Below are positions 10,516 to 24,818 of a stretch of 64,000 bases of DNA, piece after piece. The notes beneath the pieces were generated by a model. That model saw nothing but the letters and a program-made list of their open reading frames with translations, did not search any database and had not been told where the DNA came from. The stretch's first letter is position 1. Each line of letters begins with the position of its first letter. Location of the stretch: assembly GCF_006345805.1 (NCBI RefSeq), contig NC_043003.1, positions 113,460,001-113,524,000 on the forward strand, in the 5' to 3' direction. The DNA is from Octopus sinensis. Taxonomy: Eukaryota. The translations under genes were made by a program, and so were the position numbers.

Positions 10516-13500
10516 ATATATATATATATATGTATGTATGTGTGTGTGTATACACACGCACACACACATACATGCACATAATGATATATGAAGTTAAAAC
10601 TAATACTCACCACTTGTCCCCATCCCTTACATTTCTACCCCAGACCCCTCCTTCCCACTCCCAACAAGACCCTACAAGCTAATATTTCCCCTACTCTGCA
10701 GGGTTTTTCAATTTCTAATCCAGGAGTTGTAACTCCAAAGTCCAAACTATTCTTTCCTTGGATTTTCACCTGAACGATTCCTTTTAGAATTTTACAACAG
10801 CTGTAAAACCAGCACCATCATTCCTTTCAACCTTTCCTGATGACTGCTGGGTTATTTCAACTCCTGTATAAACCTGATTGGTTAAGTGGCTGTTATGAGA
10901 ATATAATATATTTTAATTTATAATAATAATATACTCACTTTATAAACCAATATATGAATGCCAATTTTTCTGACTTACACATTTTTAAATGACTACACAC
11001 ACACACACACACACATATATATATCAATATTTGATTTTATGTTCAGTTATATTAGAAACAATTTTACATTAATCTGGAGGGTCACTCCATACTTTTATAC
11101 AGTACAAATTTATTATTGTTTAAGAAGAATAGAATTGACAACGACTTCAATGTTTCAGCCAGCTAAGCTGTCATTGGACAGTCTGATGAGAGCAGAGCTG
11201 GCTGAAACTGTGAAATCACTGTCAGTACTATGCTTGTTAAACACTAACACACACACACACGTTCTGTTATACAAAACATGGTTAAGGAATTTTCAAATGG
11301 TTACACAATTTCTTTGGGATTCTTTACTTACCATTCTTGGAAAAAGATAAAAGATGCCAAAACTTTTCATTGCTTACAGTTAAAAGAATTACAAATATTG
11401 CTGTTGTCATTCTCCACGTTGTTATCATCATCATGATCATCATCCTCATCATCATCATCAACATCAACAACAACAACACTATCATAAGTTCTTTGTGTTT
11501 GATGATTATGTTCAGTGTACAATATTTCTTCAGGAGAGAAATAAATGACAGTGATATAAAATAGAGAAGAACAATTTTGGAGTTGAAATAATTTGGAATA
11601 TATGTTTAGTGACAGTGGTGATGGATGGATACTTGTAGAAGGGTTAGAGAATAGCTTTTCAGTGTGCACCCTGAAAAGCTACTTATACCCATTCTATATA
11701 ACAAATGGTATTACATTTACAAAAAAAAAACACACACAGTCACCACTGTCAGTTAGTAAAGGATTCAGCAGAAACAATTCAGATAGAGGCAGGAAGAGAG
11801 AAATAATTCCGACCTCGAAACTAAAAATGGTTAAGAGAAAAATATAATTGATTGAACTACATCCGTAAAGGATGGGTAAAATATGTGTTCAGATACACAC
11901 AAACATATAAAGAGAGAGAGAAAGAGTGAGAGTAAAGATAACAGGGAGAGTGTATGTTTACATGTATGTCGTATGTTTAATGCTTTTCGAAGTACATTCA
12001 TAACATAACCGAGCTTCATTGCTTTCTTCACAATGATAATATCAGAATGAACATGAATGGGATGAAACCTTTGAAACACAGGTGTAATAAAAAGATTTCA
12101 AAGAAAAAAAAAAAAACCAAATGCATAAATCAATCACATCAATGAATAGGTACTAGACATAACATACATAAAATTTCAGAAATTTACCTCATCAAAAACT
12201 GGGAAGAACCATTTTTCCCCTTTAGATTTGCTGCTGTTTAACAGTTAAAAAAAAAAATCTATATTTTCTGTTTTGTTTTCTGCTGGGACGGAGGACAATA
12301 ACCTGAGAAGCATTACTTATGTATGCGAGAGAGACATGAAATCTCAAAGTAGAAGGGAAAAAAAATACACTTTTCCTGCCACACTTTGTGTATTGCGTGT
12401 CAATATTGTTTGTATTTCTTCTTAGTTGCCGCCAAATCCTCTCATAAATCCAGAGTGTTCCTTAAAATTACTGTTTGGCTAACACTAGTTTCACAATAAG
12501 TACCTTAAAAATATTTTGTGCCTTCCATTTTTTGTTTCATTGATATACTTTATAATTCTGAACATCAAGGAGAAAGAAAGATGGAATAAGATATAATGAT
12601 ATGGCAGTAAACTCAAAAGTGAACAAGAAAAAATCAGAGAAAGACCAATAATATTTATAATAATAATAATAATGGTAATATAAAATGAAATTTAAAAGTT
12701 ACATCGTAACTTTCCCTCTTTTTTTTAACAAATAAGTTTTGCATTATAAAATTGTTTCAATCTTTAAAAAAAAACAATAAAAAAAAATTCTGACAAATAA
12801 AAAAAATTCAACACGAACAAATGTTCAAATAAAATTAAATTATTTTCAGACATTTCATGATCACATTTAGCTCTGGGGTATGATAACAAAACCCAAGCAG
12901 AAAAGAAAAGAAAAATGCATTTTTCTCACATAAACATAAAATATTCATCATAATAAACATAGGGTGGGGGAAGGGGGGAAACCAAACAGACTTAATTATC
13001 TGGGAATTTTGTTGCAAATATTGGCAGACATTGAATGAGAAAAAAACTCCTGAAAGTAAAATTTATTTTTCTCATAAAATTATTTGTACTAAATTGATAA
13101 TAGATAACCATTTAAGAATATTAGCATATATTACATGTATAGAGAAAGAAATCCACTTGCTGATAATCTGCCCAGTGTTGATAACCTGTAAACAAATTAT
13201 TTGAATTTACAATATACAAGAAAATTAATAGCAATTCATTTGGTAATTGGTGGTATCTGAAGAAATAATCTAGAAAGAAAAATTTAGAAAAGAAGGTATT
13301 TTAGTAGTGTTGAGAATTAAGTGAGTAAGATTTGTTGTAAAACACAAACATTTAGGTTGAAGTCAAAGTCTCAATTATACTCTGGAAGGAGAATAATTTC
13401 TGTAAGGAGAAAAATTGATGGGAAATATCAGTAAAGAATTATGATAAAATTATGAATAAAAGCCTGAAAGAAGAAAGGTTGATCAGAGGGCAAATAATTA

Positions 13501-14174
13501 AAAAAACAGAAAATGGAAAATTATAGTAATATTTATTGGAGAAATATATTGTAATTAAAAAGTATATTGAAAATATTAAACAAAAATGGTAAACTTTTGT
13601 TAAATATGGCTGACTCTAAACATCAGTGGCAAAAAAATAACTAACAAAACCAAAACTTGGACAAAACGTTACAATAAAAATATAAATGTAACATTAATGT
13701 AGAATCTGGTGATGGAAAAATCAAAAGCTTCTGTAAAAATCCACCAGAATATATTTGGCACAAAAAGAAATATATATTGATAAAAAAAAACCCCCACTTT
13801 ATCACATTTCATTACAAAAGTATTTCTTTTGGTTTTTAACTATATTTAATTAGCTTGAAAGCATTCCAAATATAAAACAATGGTAAAAATAATAATGAAA
13901 AAAGTTGTGGTAAAATGTGGTCACACTTTTATAAACACATTGGACATGATTTTCTTTGATACAGAAGCAAACTTAAGTTTTTACCAAAATATGATTGTTG
14001 CAACATGTGCATACTTGCTGCACAGCAAATAAAATGACCCCTAAAATAAAATTATTCATAAATGATTTCAGTATTATGGTTGTCAAACAAAAACTTAAAA
14101 TATCATAGAGTAATGATAAAAAAACCCACCCCAAAATGCTTTCAATATTGTTAATGATCTTAAAAAATGATTTG

Positions 14175-14234
14175 TTATTTAACTTGGAGGGTATAATAAT
14201 AATAATAATAATAATGATAATAATAATAATAATG

Positions 14235-14283
<49 letters not shown>

Positions 14284-14308
14284 TGATAATAATAATAATG
14301 ATAATTAT

Positions 14309-14354
<46 letters not shown>

Positions 14355-14360
14355 TAATAA
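14175..14360. repeat. (AAT)n microsatellite
   Basis: About 185 bp of aat with occasional gat/aac units. Confidence 0.95.
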
Positions 14361-14361
14361 G

Positions 14362-14607
14362 GTTAAAAGCCAAAACTTAGCAATGGAAATGTGAAGGTTT
14401 CTGCAAAAGTTATGCTAGGTACTGTGACCAACCAGACTTGGTAGTTTCCTTGTTGAGATTGGTATGACTACAAGAGTTGCATTAATACAGAAATCAGTTT
14501 CTTTAGAAAAGCAAAGATTGTTCAAAAGGTCCTCAATATCTAAGGACACTAATTGTAACCCAGTATCAAGAATATTTATTCCAAAAGTAACACTTCTGTG
14601 CATACCG
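14362..14607 (+). mobile_element. R4/Dong-like (RLE) non-LTR retrotransposon 3' end embedded in (AAT)n
   Basis: With frameshifts reads LGTVTN.LGSFLVEIGMTTRVALIQKSVSLE.AKIVQKVLNI*, like the R4-clade terminal LQKA.LLGTARILRKVL; AAT tracts on both sides (14175-14360, 14608-14760). Confidence 0.65.
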
Positions 14608-16099
14608 AATAATAATAATAACAATAATAATAATGATGATAATAATAATAATAAATGATAATATTGATAAAAATGATAATAATAATAAAAATGATAATAT
14701 TGATAATAATAATAATAGTAAATTATAATATTGATAATAATAATAATAATTAAATAAATAATTTTTAACTTAGGTAGAAGGCCACACATATTGAGAACAG
14801 GAACAGTGAATTGTAGTCCCCTAGACTGGTTGTGATTTTATTAACCTCAGTAGGATGAAAGGTAATAATAGCTGGTAATCGTTGAAGATTGACCCTGAAG
14901 GTAAGTAATTAGGTATTGCAAGGCATTTTGTCCACCGGTCTATAAAATCTGTCAATAATAATTTGTGAGAAAGATTAAGAAATAGGGTCCAGGAAGAAGT
15001 AGTTAAAGAATGACTGGTTAATAAATGTCATTAAAGGCAGCAGTATATTGTTGCTAATAGAATTGGGACTAGAAATTATTTCATAAGCATCAAGGAAAGT
15101 TTTGTTGTGGATACTACCGAAAGATAAATATAGTTGTTGTTGGTGTTGTTGCTGGTGGTGGAGGTTGTGCTTAGCTCCAGATGAACTCTGGCTGCACAAG
15201 CCTATAATTAAGATGTCCTAGTCTGATCTTCTCATCTTTTTTTTCACATTTCCATTATCAAACACATCATTTCTTCTCTGGGGGAGATTTGACTGTTTTC
15301 TAACATGATGAACAATCACAGACTTCATAATTGTTATTGTAACTGATAGTAATAAGTCATCATATTATAATGTGGATTTTCATCATCATCATTATTACCA
15401 TGAACATAACGTCCGTAATAACCATTGTTTTAGTCATGGCTATTAATAGAAATAAATTTATTATAATTAATTCTGGGTAAATGAAGACATTCAAATTTGC
15501 TTGCATTGATATAACTTAATTCTCTCCAGGTCTTCTTTTAAACAAAGTTAGGCAAGAGTAAATTTAGGAGACATTTATTTTATTAATCTTTCCAATGCCA
15601 GAAAATAAAGACACTACAAATAAGAGAGGTCATCAATGATGTCGGCCAACCCAGTGAAAATCAGAATATTACAATATTTCTGGATGCTATAAAAGGTCTC
15701 TATCTACATTTATGGAATTACACATATAACAAGCTAACAGTGACTGTGGTGGTGGGGATGGTGGTGGTGGTGGTGGTGATGATATTGATGATAGTAATGA
15801 CGATGATGATGATGATGACGATGATGATGATAGCAACAATAACAATAATGATTGTATTTAGTCAATACGCAGATTATGCATTTGATATTTTGAAAGAAAT
15901 AAAATATTATCAGGCAGAAAAATCCAACTTAAAATGAGCTCAGAATGCTAAAAAGAGCTTCAAGAAATACTAATAATTTTTCAGATAATAAAAGGAATAA
16001 CGAAGCTATTAATAAAAAGCAATTATACAATAGCAAACAGCAAATGAATATAAATAGCTGAAGTTGATGTCTAAGATGATGATGATGATGATGATGATG

Positions 16100-16162
<63 letters not shown>

Positions 16163-16164
16163 TG

Positions 16165-16270
16165 CCTAAGGCCATAAATTTGGGTGGAGGGTTAATATTT
16201 GATTATATTGAGTTCAGTATGAAAGTGGTACTTTATCAATTCCCACGAAGGCAAAATTGGTTTCAGTGAT
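16165..16270 (-). mobile_element. Diverged family B SINE 3' part abutting (AAT)n
   Basis: aaggccataaatttgggtggagg..ggtactttatcaattcccacgaaggcaaaattgg. Confidence 0.5.
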
Positions 16271-16801
16271 CACATAGCCCCCATCACCCCCACACCACAC
16301 ACAAAAGCAGAAGACAGATCTAGGATTACTCTGATGAGCCCCAAGGGCAGGTGTCTTCTGTGGTGGACAGTGCTGAGAGTAGGCTCATTCAGTTTCAGTA
16401 CAACTTGTACCTGTCTACTACTTTACTGGAGAGAAGCACCTTCCTCAACTTGAAAAAAGTTGATAAGTGATTGAGTGAAGACAAGAGTGATCCTCCTCAG
16501 GTGTGTTGTCTATAAAACTTCTTTTGTCATCGCTACCCTTACCCTGGCCAAAGAAAGCAGCAGGACAAAAGGCTAGGCCAACAATTACAAGAATGGTTTC
16601 TAAGTTGTCAAGAGAGCCACAAATTCTGGAAGGATGATCAAGTTGGTTCCATGAAACCAAATAAATGTTGATCTTGGTAACTGTAAAGTTGACCCCATTG
16701 GGATGTGATTTACAAACAAGAAGAGATATAACTAAAGACTACAAGGAAATTTGAGTACATTTTACCACTTCTGTCACTCAAACCCACCACCACCAGCACT
16801 A

Positions 16802-16836
<35 letters not shown>

Positions 16837-19025
16837 TATGTGGCATGAAAGCAACAAATGGAGAAACGTTAGAGGAACTGGTTGCCAAACTTATTTCAAT
16901 TCCCAAAACTTGTTGGGGAACGGAAATAAGATATTGCAGCAAAGGTATAATGAAAAGGTAATCAAATTAAATGAATATATGGTAGATATTAACAAAGTGT
17001 AAACATTTGTGAGGTGTTGTGAGGGATATCATTCAGTGCTACACATACATATAAGATTAGACCTTGTAGGATTAATTAGAAGCTAATATGATTAGCTATT
17101 GGTTTGAAAAACAAACCAGTACATTTGTTCAATGATATTTAGAAAATATTTTGTGTTTTAGTGTGTGTGGATTTGTTGTACAAAAATGTGTGACTGTCCT
17201 TTCTTGGGGATTTAGAAATAGCAACGAGTGCATGCACAAATCATGATGATGTGTTTCACATAAGAGTCTTGTTTATTTTGTTACTTGTTTTTTTGTTTTT
17301 GTTTTTGTTTTTAGAAATTTTTGGCATAGTTTATAATGACAAAAATGAGGCATATATATATATACAAGGCATGCATCTGGAAGACACTACCAGAGTTGAA
17401 GACACCTCTGAAAAAAGTGGCTAGACTTTCAGTAGCAAACATTGCGAAATGGCAGCAACTAGCTAGGAAAATAATCTAGGAAAATGTCACACAAGTAACA
17501 AGAAACACAACTACTTTTACATTTCCATTTTTTTTAGCTTAATTTAAGAAAGAAACAAAGAAAGATAGCAAAAAGAAAGGCCGGAAAGAAAAGAAAAGCA
17601 AGGCAAAAAAAAAAAACTAAAACAAACATATCAAATATGAAAATGAAAAAGAATGAAAATATATTATTGACTACTTGTAAGTACAAATAGTGTCTGTAAG
17701 ATTTTATGATAAAGATGAATATTTATAACAACTGTTATGCAGATGAAGATGATGATAATAATTATGATAATGATGATGATGATGATGATGGCGAGAAGTA
17801 AGTAGTGGTGATTGAGGAGTTATGAGGATGAGGAAGAAGAGAAAGGAGAAGAGGTAAAGGGGGAGAAGGAGAATGGTTATAATGATAGAGGCAGGTAGCA
17901 ATAGGAATAATTAATTAATGAGGGCGATGAGATTATGGGGGATAGTGATGACCATGGCAATAATGAGGGGGAAAAAACTTATCATAATAGGCAAATAATC
18001 ATCGACAGTTTGCAGAACATGATGAGTGAGGGATGAAGTGATGAGAAATAGTGGTAGGAATGGTTGTGTGTACATGTGGTACTACATGTGAAATTCTGTG
18101 TATGTATATAAATGTGTATGTGAAAATATATATCTATGTGCATGCACACACATATATTTATGGATATATACACACACATACATATAGACATACATTAGAA
18201 TATATACATACATGTACTTGCTTTGTGTATGCATTCATCAGTTTGTATAAAACAAATGTTTTGCTTTTGTATAATTAATAAATTAGAAATTTAATGAATG
18301 GAGTTCACAAACGGGATTCCATTAAAAAAAATTAGCTTATATTTATATGCACAAAGCACCACCCTGATTGGTGTATAGTTAGTGTGACGTTGTGTGTGTG
18401 GAGGAGTGCGTGGGTGTGTATGTGTGTGGGTGAGCATATGTCGTGTATGTGTGTGTATGCGCATGGTGAGATTTATGTATACGTAAAAGTCAAATGTAAT
18501 AAACTTAGAAGATTTCTCAGAAGGAGAGCACACTGCAGACGATTGGTATTTACTAAGGACTCATAAGGTTTTCAAAAGACTAAATCAAAACTGAAACATC
18601 AGAGCAATGCAATAGTTTGGAGGAGCGGGCTTTTGTTCCTTCTGGCCAAAACTAAAGCAGGAAAATATGTGCTGTAATTGTATCTTTCTTTTGTTTATTC
18701 AGTAAAGTAACAAAGAGGATGACAGTATTGGCAGTGGCAGCAGTAATTGTTGTAGTAGTAGTAGTAGTAGTAAACTTTGAGCAAATTACAAAATAGAAGT
18801 TGTTGAAGGAACTCTAATGAATAAAGTATGTTGAAATAAACAAAACTATTAAAAATATCAAAAGTAACTCTCAGATATCTAAATATCAAATTGAAATATT
18901 AAATATTAGATGGCAAAATATTTTAAATTGACAGGAAAACAAGAACTGGATAAGGCTATCAAAATTATATGCAATGAAAGTATTTACTTCCCTATTAATC
19001 TATGTTAACCATACACACACACACA

Positions 19026-19059
<34 letters not shown>

Positions 19060-19084
<25 letters not shown>

Positions 19085-19127
19085 CATACATATATTTATG
19101 TTTGTATGTATCCATATGTATGCATAC

Positions 19128-19171
<44 letters not shown>

Positions 19172-19330
19172 TACATACATATATTTATGTTTGTATGTAT
19201 CCATATGTATGCATACATTATATATATATATATTTATATGCATTATATGCATACATACATACATATATGTATTTATGTTTGTATGTATCCATATGTATAC
19301 ATACATTATATATATATATATATATATAAA
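19060..19330. repeat. Compound minisatellite: three copies of an approximately 50-bp unit separated by (TA)n
   Basis: Unit tacatacatatatttatgtttgtatgtatccatatgtatgcatacatta at about 19083, 19170 and (variant) 19255. Confidence 0.85.
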
Positions 19331-20369
19331 CAAGCATATACATATAATTTTGTGTGTGTGTATTCCAAACTGTTGAATACATTTTCAGTTTGAAAGATTG
19401 AAGCAAAACATAATTGATTGCGAAACAGGGAATGGTTTTAGAAATGAGGGGAAAACGCTTGATATCGGCTGAGTTGTGAAGTTGTATGAGGAATCAATTT
19501 TGAAATCAATGTAGGATGTAAATGTAGGAAATAACGCTCAAGAAATATCAGCCGAGAGAAGAAAGTCATGGTCAATGGTATGTTGTTGTGTTTTGTTTTG
19601 TGTTGTGATTATGAGAAGGAAGAGAGGTGGGGGTGATGGGGGCGAGAGTGATATGTGCAAGAGGATGGAATGTAGTAAGAAAATGAGATGAAAGGAAACA
19701 TGAGTGGATAAGATAAGGAATGAATGAATGAATGAATGAATTATAATGAGAATGAAGGAAACGAACAATGATTGTTCATAGATTAACATTAGAGAATGAA
19801 ATAGGAGACAAACTACCTACATGTGTGTGGATGTGTTAGTGTCAATGTATGAACATGTATTGTGTGCATACATTTGTGTATATTTATGAATATAGGTTCA
19901 TATTGTCATTCAGCGAATGTGTGTTTACACGCACATACACGTTCATGTAAAATATATGTAGATATACATAAGCATGAGTATGTGTGTGTGTATTTGTATA
20001 TGCATATATACACACAAAGGCATACGCATGTGTAAACTTATAAACATGTACCTTGTATACATTGTCATAAATATCTAAGTATCTAACATAGTATACATGT
20101 GTGTGTATATACACATATATACATATACGCATACATGCCTATTTCTATATGTACACACACACACATATAAATATGCTACCACACACACATATATATATGC
20201 TACCACACACACATATATATATACACACATATATATATATATATATGTATACACACACACACACATATATATATATATGTATACACACACACACACATAT
20301 ATATATATATGTATACACACACAACACATATATATATATATGTATACACACACACACACATATAATATA

Positions 20370-20400
<31 letters not shown>

Positions 20401-21161
20401 ATTATTTAGGCACACACACAGCCATGCACACACCCATGTCCATAAGCACACACACACGCACACACATTCGCAGCACCATCCACACATGTACAATGCAGCA
20501 AGAAAACCCAAGAGGAGCTAAAGCTACATGCAAAAAAAAAAAAAAATTTTTTAAACTTCAGTAAGGAAATGAAGAGAGAACTGAAATAATTAAATGAAAG
20601 GTAAAAAAAAAAAAAGGAAAAAAAAAACGTAACAGAAAAGTAGAAGAAAGAAGGAGGAAGTAGATTGTGTTTCATTTCAAAAATCACACAAGTCATAAAT
20701 GAAAAAAAAAATATTCTGGAGAAACCGAAATGAAATAATGAAAAAGAGATTCAGAGGGAAGAGAGAGAGACAGACAGACAGACAGAGACAGAGAGAGAGA
20801 GAGAGAAGGAAAAATATAGAAAGAATGAGAGAGGAATAGATATTTATATAAAAAAATTATTATTATTATCATAAATAATAATAATATTAATAGTAGCAGT
20901 AGTAGTAGTAGTGGTAGTAGTAATAGTAGTAGTAGTAGTAGTAGTAGTAATAATAGAAATGAAACAGCTCTATATTGTTGCAAAACAAAAAAAAAAGTAT
21001 ATATATATATATGTATATGCATATATATAGATAGATATATATATAGATATATATATAATATTTTGCATCTAGATATAGGAAAGATTGTTAGTTTTGGAAA
21101 AAAAAAAGTAGTTAACAAAAAAAAATAATAAAAATAACACGATTAATATCAAACTGCTTAC

Positions 21162-21200
21162 GATCAATCCCTGCGCTTAACATCGTGTCCTCTTTGAATA
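21162..21200 (-). CDS. Candidate 39-nt coding exon of an unidentified minus-strand gene
   Basis: Acceptor ttccttcttttcttaatgtttcag|, donor GATC|GTAAGC, length a multiple of 3. Phase 1-1 reads FKEDTMLSAGID; phase 2 reads IQRGHDVKRRD* as a terminal exon. No homology recognised. Confidence 0.35.
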
Positions 21201-24200
21201 CTGAAACATTAAGAAAAGAAGGAAATAGAACGTTTTTATTCTTGTTTTCTTTCGTTCTTGTTTTATAATATTTATTTACTTGAAGTGGGTTTTTTTTTAT
21301 TTTAATTTTATTTGTTGTCTGTTTTGGTTCGTTCGTTGTTTGCCTGAATGCTTGCTTCTTTGCTTGGTTGAGTTGCTTCAGATTGTCTTTTTTGCTTTTC
21401 TATTCTTAATATAAATGTGTGTGTGTGTGTGTGTGTGTGTGGAGATCTATATGCACAGACATATATAGAGAGATTTATTTATATATATATATATATATAT
21501 ACATATATAGATGCACATGCATGTGTCTGTTGCGTGTTTGTCTCCATTTTCTCGTTTATGCTCATTTCTAAACCTAACTTCTCTCTTAATTTCCTCTTGT
21601 GGTAAAACCAAACTTCGTTTACGGCTGATATCTTTGTACTCATTCATCTTATTTATTTAATTGATTAGTTTGAGGCTTTCTACCTTTTCTGCTAATTCCT
21701 ATTTTAGTGCTGTTATTTAAGCTTCTGTCTTACCAACACTTTAAATTCACTCATTGTATATATATATATAAAAAAAAAAAAAGAAATGTCTATGTTCATA
21801 TTTTTGTATATTAATATAGGAAAAGCTAAAATACATTTTCAGTTTTGTTCAATGCATGTTGTTGTGAATATTTGAATGTATGTGTGTGTGTGAGAGAAAG
21901 AGAGAAAAGTTGTGTATGTTTATTCAATTATATCTTTCTTGTCAAAAGGTGACAACTAACACATCTGCATTGCAAAAGGTGATAAAGGACAAGATGGTTG
22001 TAATGTGGCTGTAACCTACATTTATACATAGAGTGTCTAATATTTCACACCCATTTTTCTAAATTTCTTGCCACACATTTAGTCTTTCTTTTGATTTCAT
22101 TTTTTTCTTTTTATTGCTGCCAAAAACATCAATAAAATTACAAAACAAATTATGCTGAACATTTTGTTACTTGATGATTTCTAATTCTCAGTAATCGCAC
22201 ACTTATTGGTCAATCAGTCGATCATGGGAGAAATATATAGCATTCTGGTATTGGATGCCAGTGTATATGAATGAGTCCAAATTCTTGAAAGATCTGGTAG
22301 CTTATCTCAACAGCAAAGGAAAAGTAAAGCATATAAAATTAAATGTAATATCCAGGTTCATAATTAAATGTTTGCATTAGATTTGAACTCCAAATAAAGG
22401 TTCAACACCATGTTGTTCAGCCATTTACTGCATGTGCTTTGAGTAAGGCTGATTAACTCAGTTTTGTTCTGCTTTCACAATACATACGGCTGAACCGTCT
22501 CTGGATATGAATATTGAAACAAGACTCCATAAAATGACTAGAAATAGGAGTTGGATTCAATGAAGCGGAAACCTTTGTGATGTCACCTTCAGAAATATAA
22601 ATGAGGATCTGTGTAGGTTTACTGCAGAACAAAATAACTTGAGAAGAACATTAACAATAAATTTTCCAGAGCAGTTTCTATGAAAATTAACATCCAATTA
22701 TGTCTCAGCTGGCTAAATAAGACTGTTGTTGTCATAAAAGGACACTCTAACTCTGCTGCATTCCATCAACTATGTGGAGTACCTGAGAAATGGAGACAGC
22801 CTCAAAACTAGAATACAAAGAGAGAGATTAGAAATCTTTGAAGATAATATTTAATTTAGACATAATTTGCACATTCAGGATATTCCAATGCTGGTTAGGG
22901 TAGTCTTTAAAACGTAGAACAAATGAGAAAGAGTGTAAATAAAATTCTTTGAAAGTTGTCAGAGGAACAAAAGATGAACTTTGAGGATAAGTTCTTTAGC
23001 TATGTTTTTTTTTTTTCACTCTTTTTATGTGTTAACAAAAGCAGTGTGGTTCATATTGATGGACAATTTCAAAAACACTATGATTAAAATTTTTATTTTT
23101 AAAGATATGGTTTGGTTTTGTGTGAGTTCTTCAAACCATGAAACCAATTGTCTAAAAGTCATGGCACTTCTTGCTAATCTTCTATAGCTTTTTCAAAGGA
23201 AATTTGCATTGATGGAATTTATGGTCATCCACACTTTGTACTAGTATAATAGTACTAGTATATAGTAATAATAATGTTATACAGTTTCTTGCTGTCTATT
23301 TTCAAAACGATGGAAAGCAAATCTACACTATTTTAAAATGTCTTGTAACTTATTGAGAAAACAATATCAAAATGGATTCTGATACTTCTTAATAAGTATT
23401 TATTTTTCCATGTGATGTGACCAATTCATGAAACAATGAAAATTTCAGAATTTTCTCAAATAGGTCACCATTGAAAAACAAAAACTTAAGAGCAGAATCT
23501 GATTGAAATGGTTTTAAAAGATTCCATTCTACTTAGAAATCCATGTTTGGTAGCAATAAAAATGTCAGAAGTAATAAGGAATAATTAACATAATATATGC
23601 ATTTCAGTAGCTGCAAAAAGAAAAGAAGGGCAGATAAATCAGACACTCTATGTACATTTTCGGTTTGGAATAGAAGTTAACTTGTGTGTGTGTGTGTGTG
23701 CTTAGATAGATATATTAACTTAAAAAGTCTCAGAAATTGTACAAGTAAACAAAGATGGAAGAGATAATATAAAAAAAAAAGCTATAAATGTTTATATGTG
23801 AGCATAGGAATGTTAATATAAAGTTTTCACCAAACATTTAGGATTGAGAATTTACAACCAAATGTCAAGGATTCAGGAGATGTGATTCCAAAGTCTTCGT
23901 AAAACTCTGCATATTATAAAAGGTTTACAATATTAGAGGGAAGTTCATAGCTTTCTCTTCTTCATATGTATGAAAATAAAATATATGAGTGATGAAAGCA
24001 AAAAATACAATTATCACAAACATTGGTTTCTTGTTTTTCATAATGATAATAATAATAATAACAATAATATAATTTCTAAATTAGGCTTGTAGCCTTAAGG
24101 GGACAAAAAACATTTTATAAAATAAAATAATACATTAATCAAATATACTGAGTTATATACTCAGGAAGAAAGATGACTTTAATTGTATTTGTGATTTAAA

Positions 24201-24595
24201 AAAAAATATGGAAGTTAAATTTTCAAAAGAAAAGAAAAAAAACAGCCAGGACATTGTGTTGGTTTTTAGTATTCCACCAGAAATTGTCCAACTTCAACCA
24301 AATTGATGAATCAAGTAATTATAAAACAAGTTCATAGACAAGTGTAAGGGAGAGGAGTGTTGTGTGTGTGTGGGTGTTTAAGGGGAGAGAGGGAGAGAGA
24401 GAGTGACAAAGAAGAATGTTCCAAAATTGCGACATTAGTTTATAAGCAAACGAGTTGTATGGCCCCTGTAAAATGTTAAAACTGATACATGTACCAAAAC
24501 ATTAATGTGAGATCTTAATTGTGCATGCATATGCATACATGGATGCAGGAAAGCTGTGCTGCACCATATTGATTCTGCCTAACAATTAACTTTAA

Positions 24596-24818
24596 CCCTT
24601 TCATTACTGTATTTTTGTTGAGATGCTCTGCGTTTCTTTCAGTTACTTTAAATATAACAAAGAATTTAGTATAAAACAACTTAGTTATCGTTCAGCTAGT
24701 GTTAGGAACATAAATTGTGACTAAGGTTTGATGGAAGATTTTAATTCAGAACTTATGAAAACAAGACATTTGTACTACTGAACCAGAGCCGGTTTCAGCC
24801 GGGTTGGTAACGAAAGGG
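24596..24818. mobile_element. piggyBac-type MITE (223 bp)
   Basis: TTAA on both sides (24592-24595, 24819-24822); TIRs CCCTTTCATTAC / GTAACGAAAGGG; a partial second copy lies at 40164-40220. Confidence 0.8.

Noticed and set aside
10836-10870. CTGATGA downstream of the Penelope-like relic
   Set aside because: No stem II/GAAA follows; the motif alone is expected by chance.
16300-16360. CTGATGA-GCCC-CAA-GGGC at 16331 with an outer agaagaca/tgtcttct stem, resembling a hammerhead half
   Set aside because: The essential GAAA is replaced by AGGT, and no credible stem I or NUH can be drawn.
19455-19562. Short inverted match (tcggctga/tcagccga) as a pre-miRNA
   Set aside because: The stem is only about 8-10 bp with a 70-nt unpaired loop.
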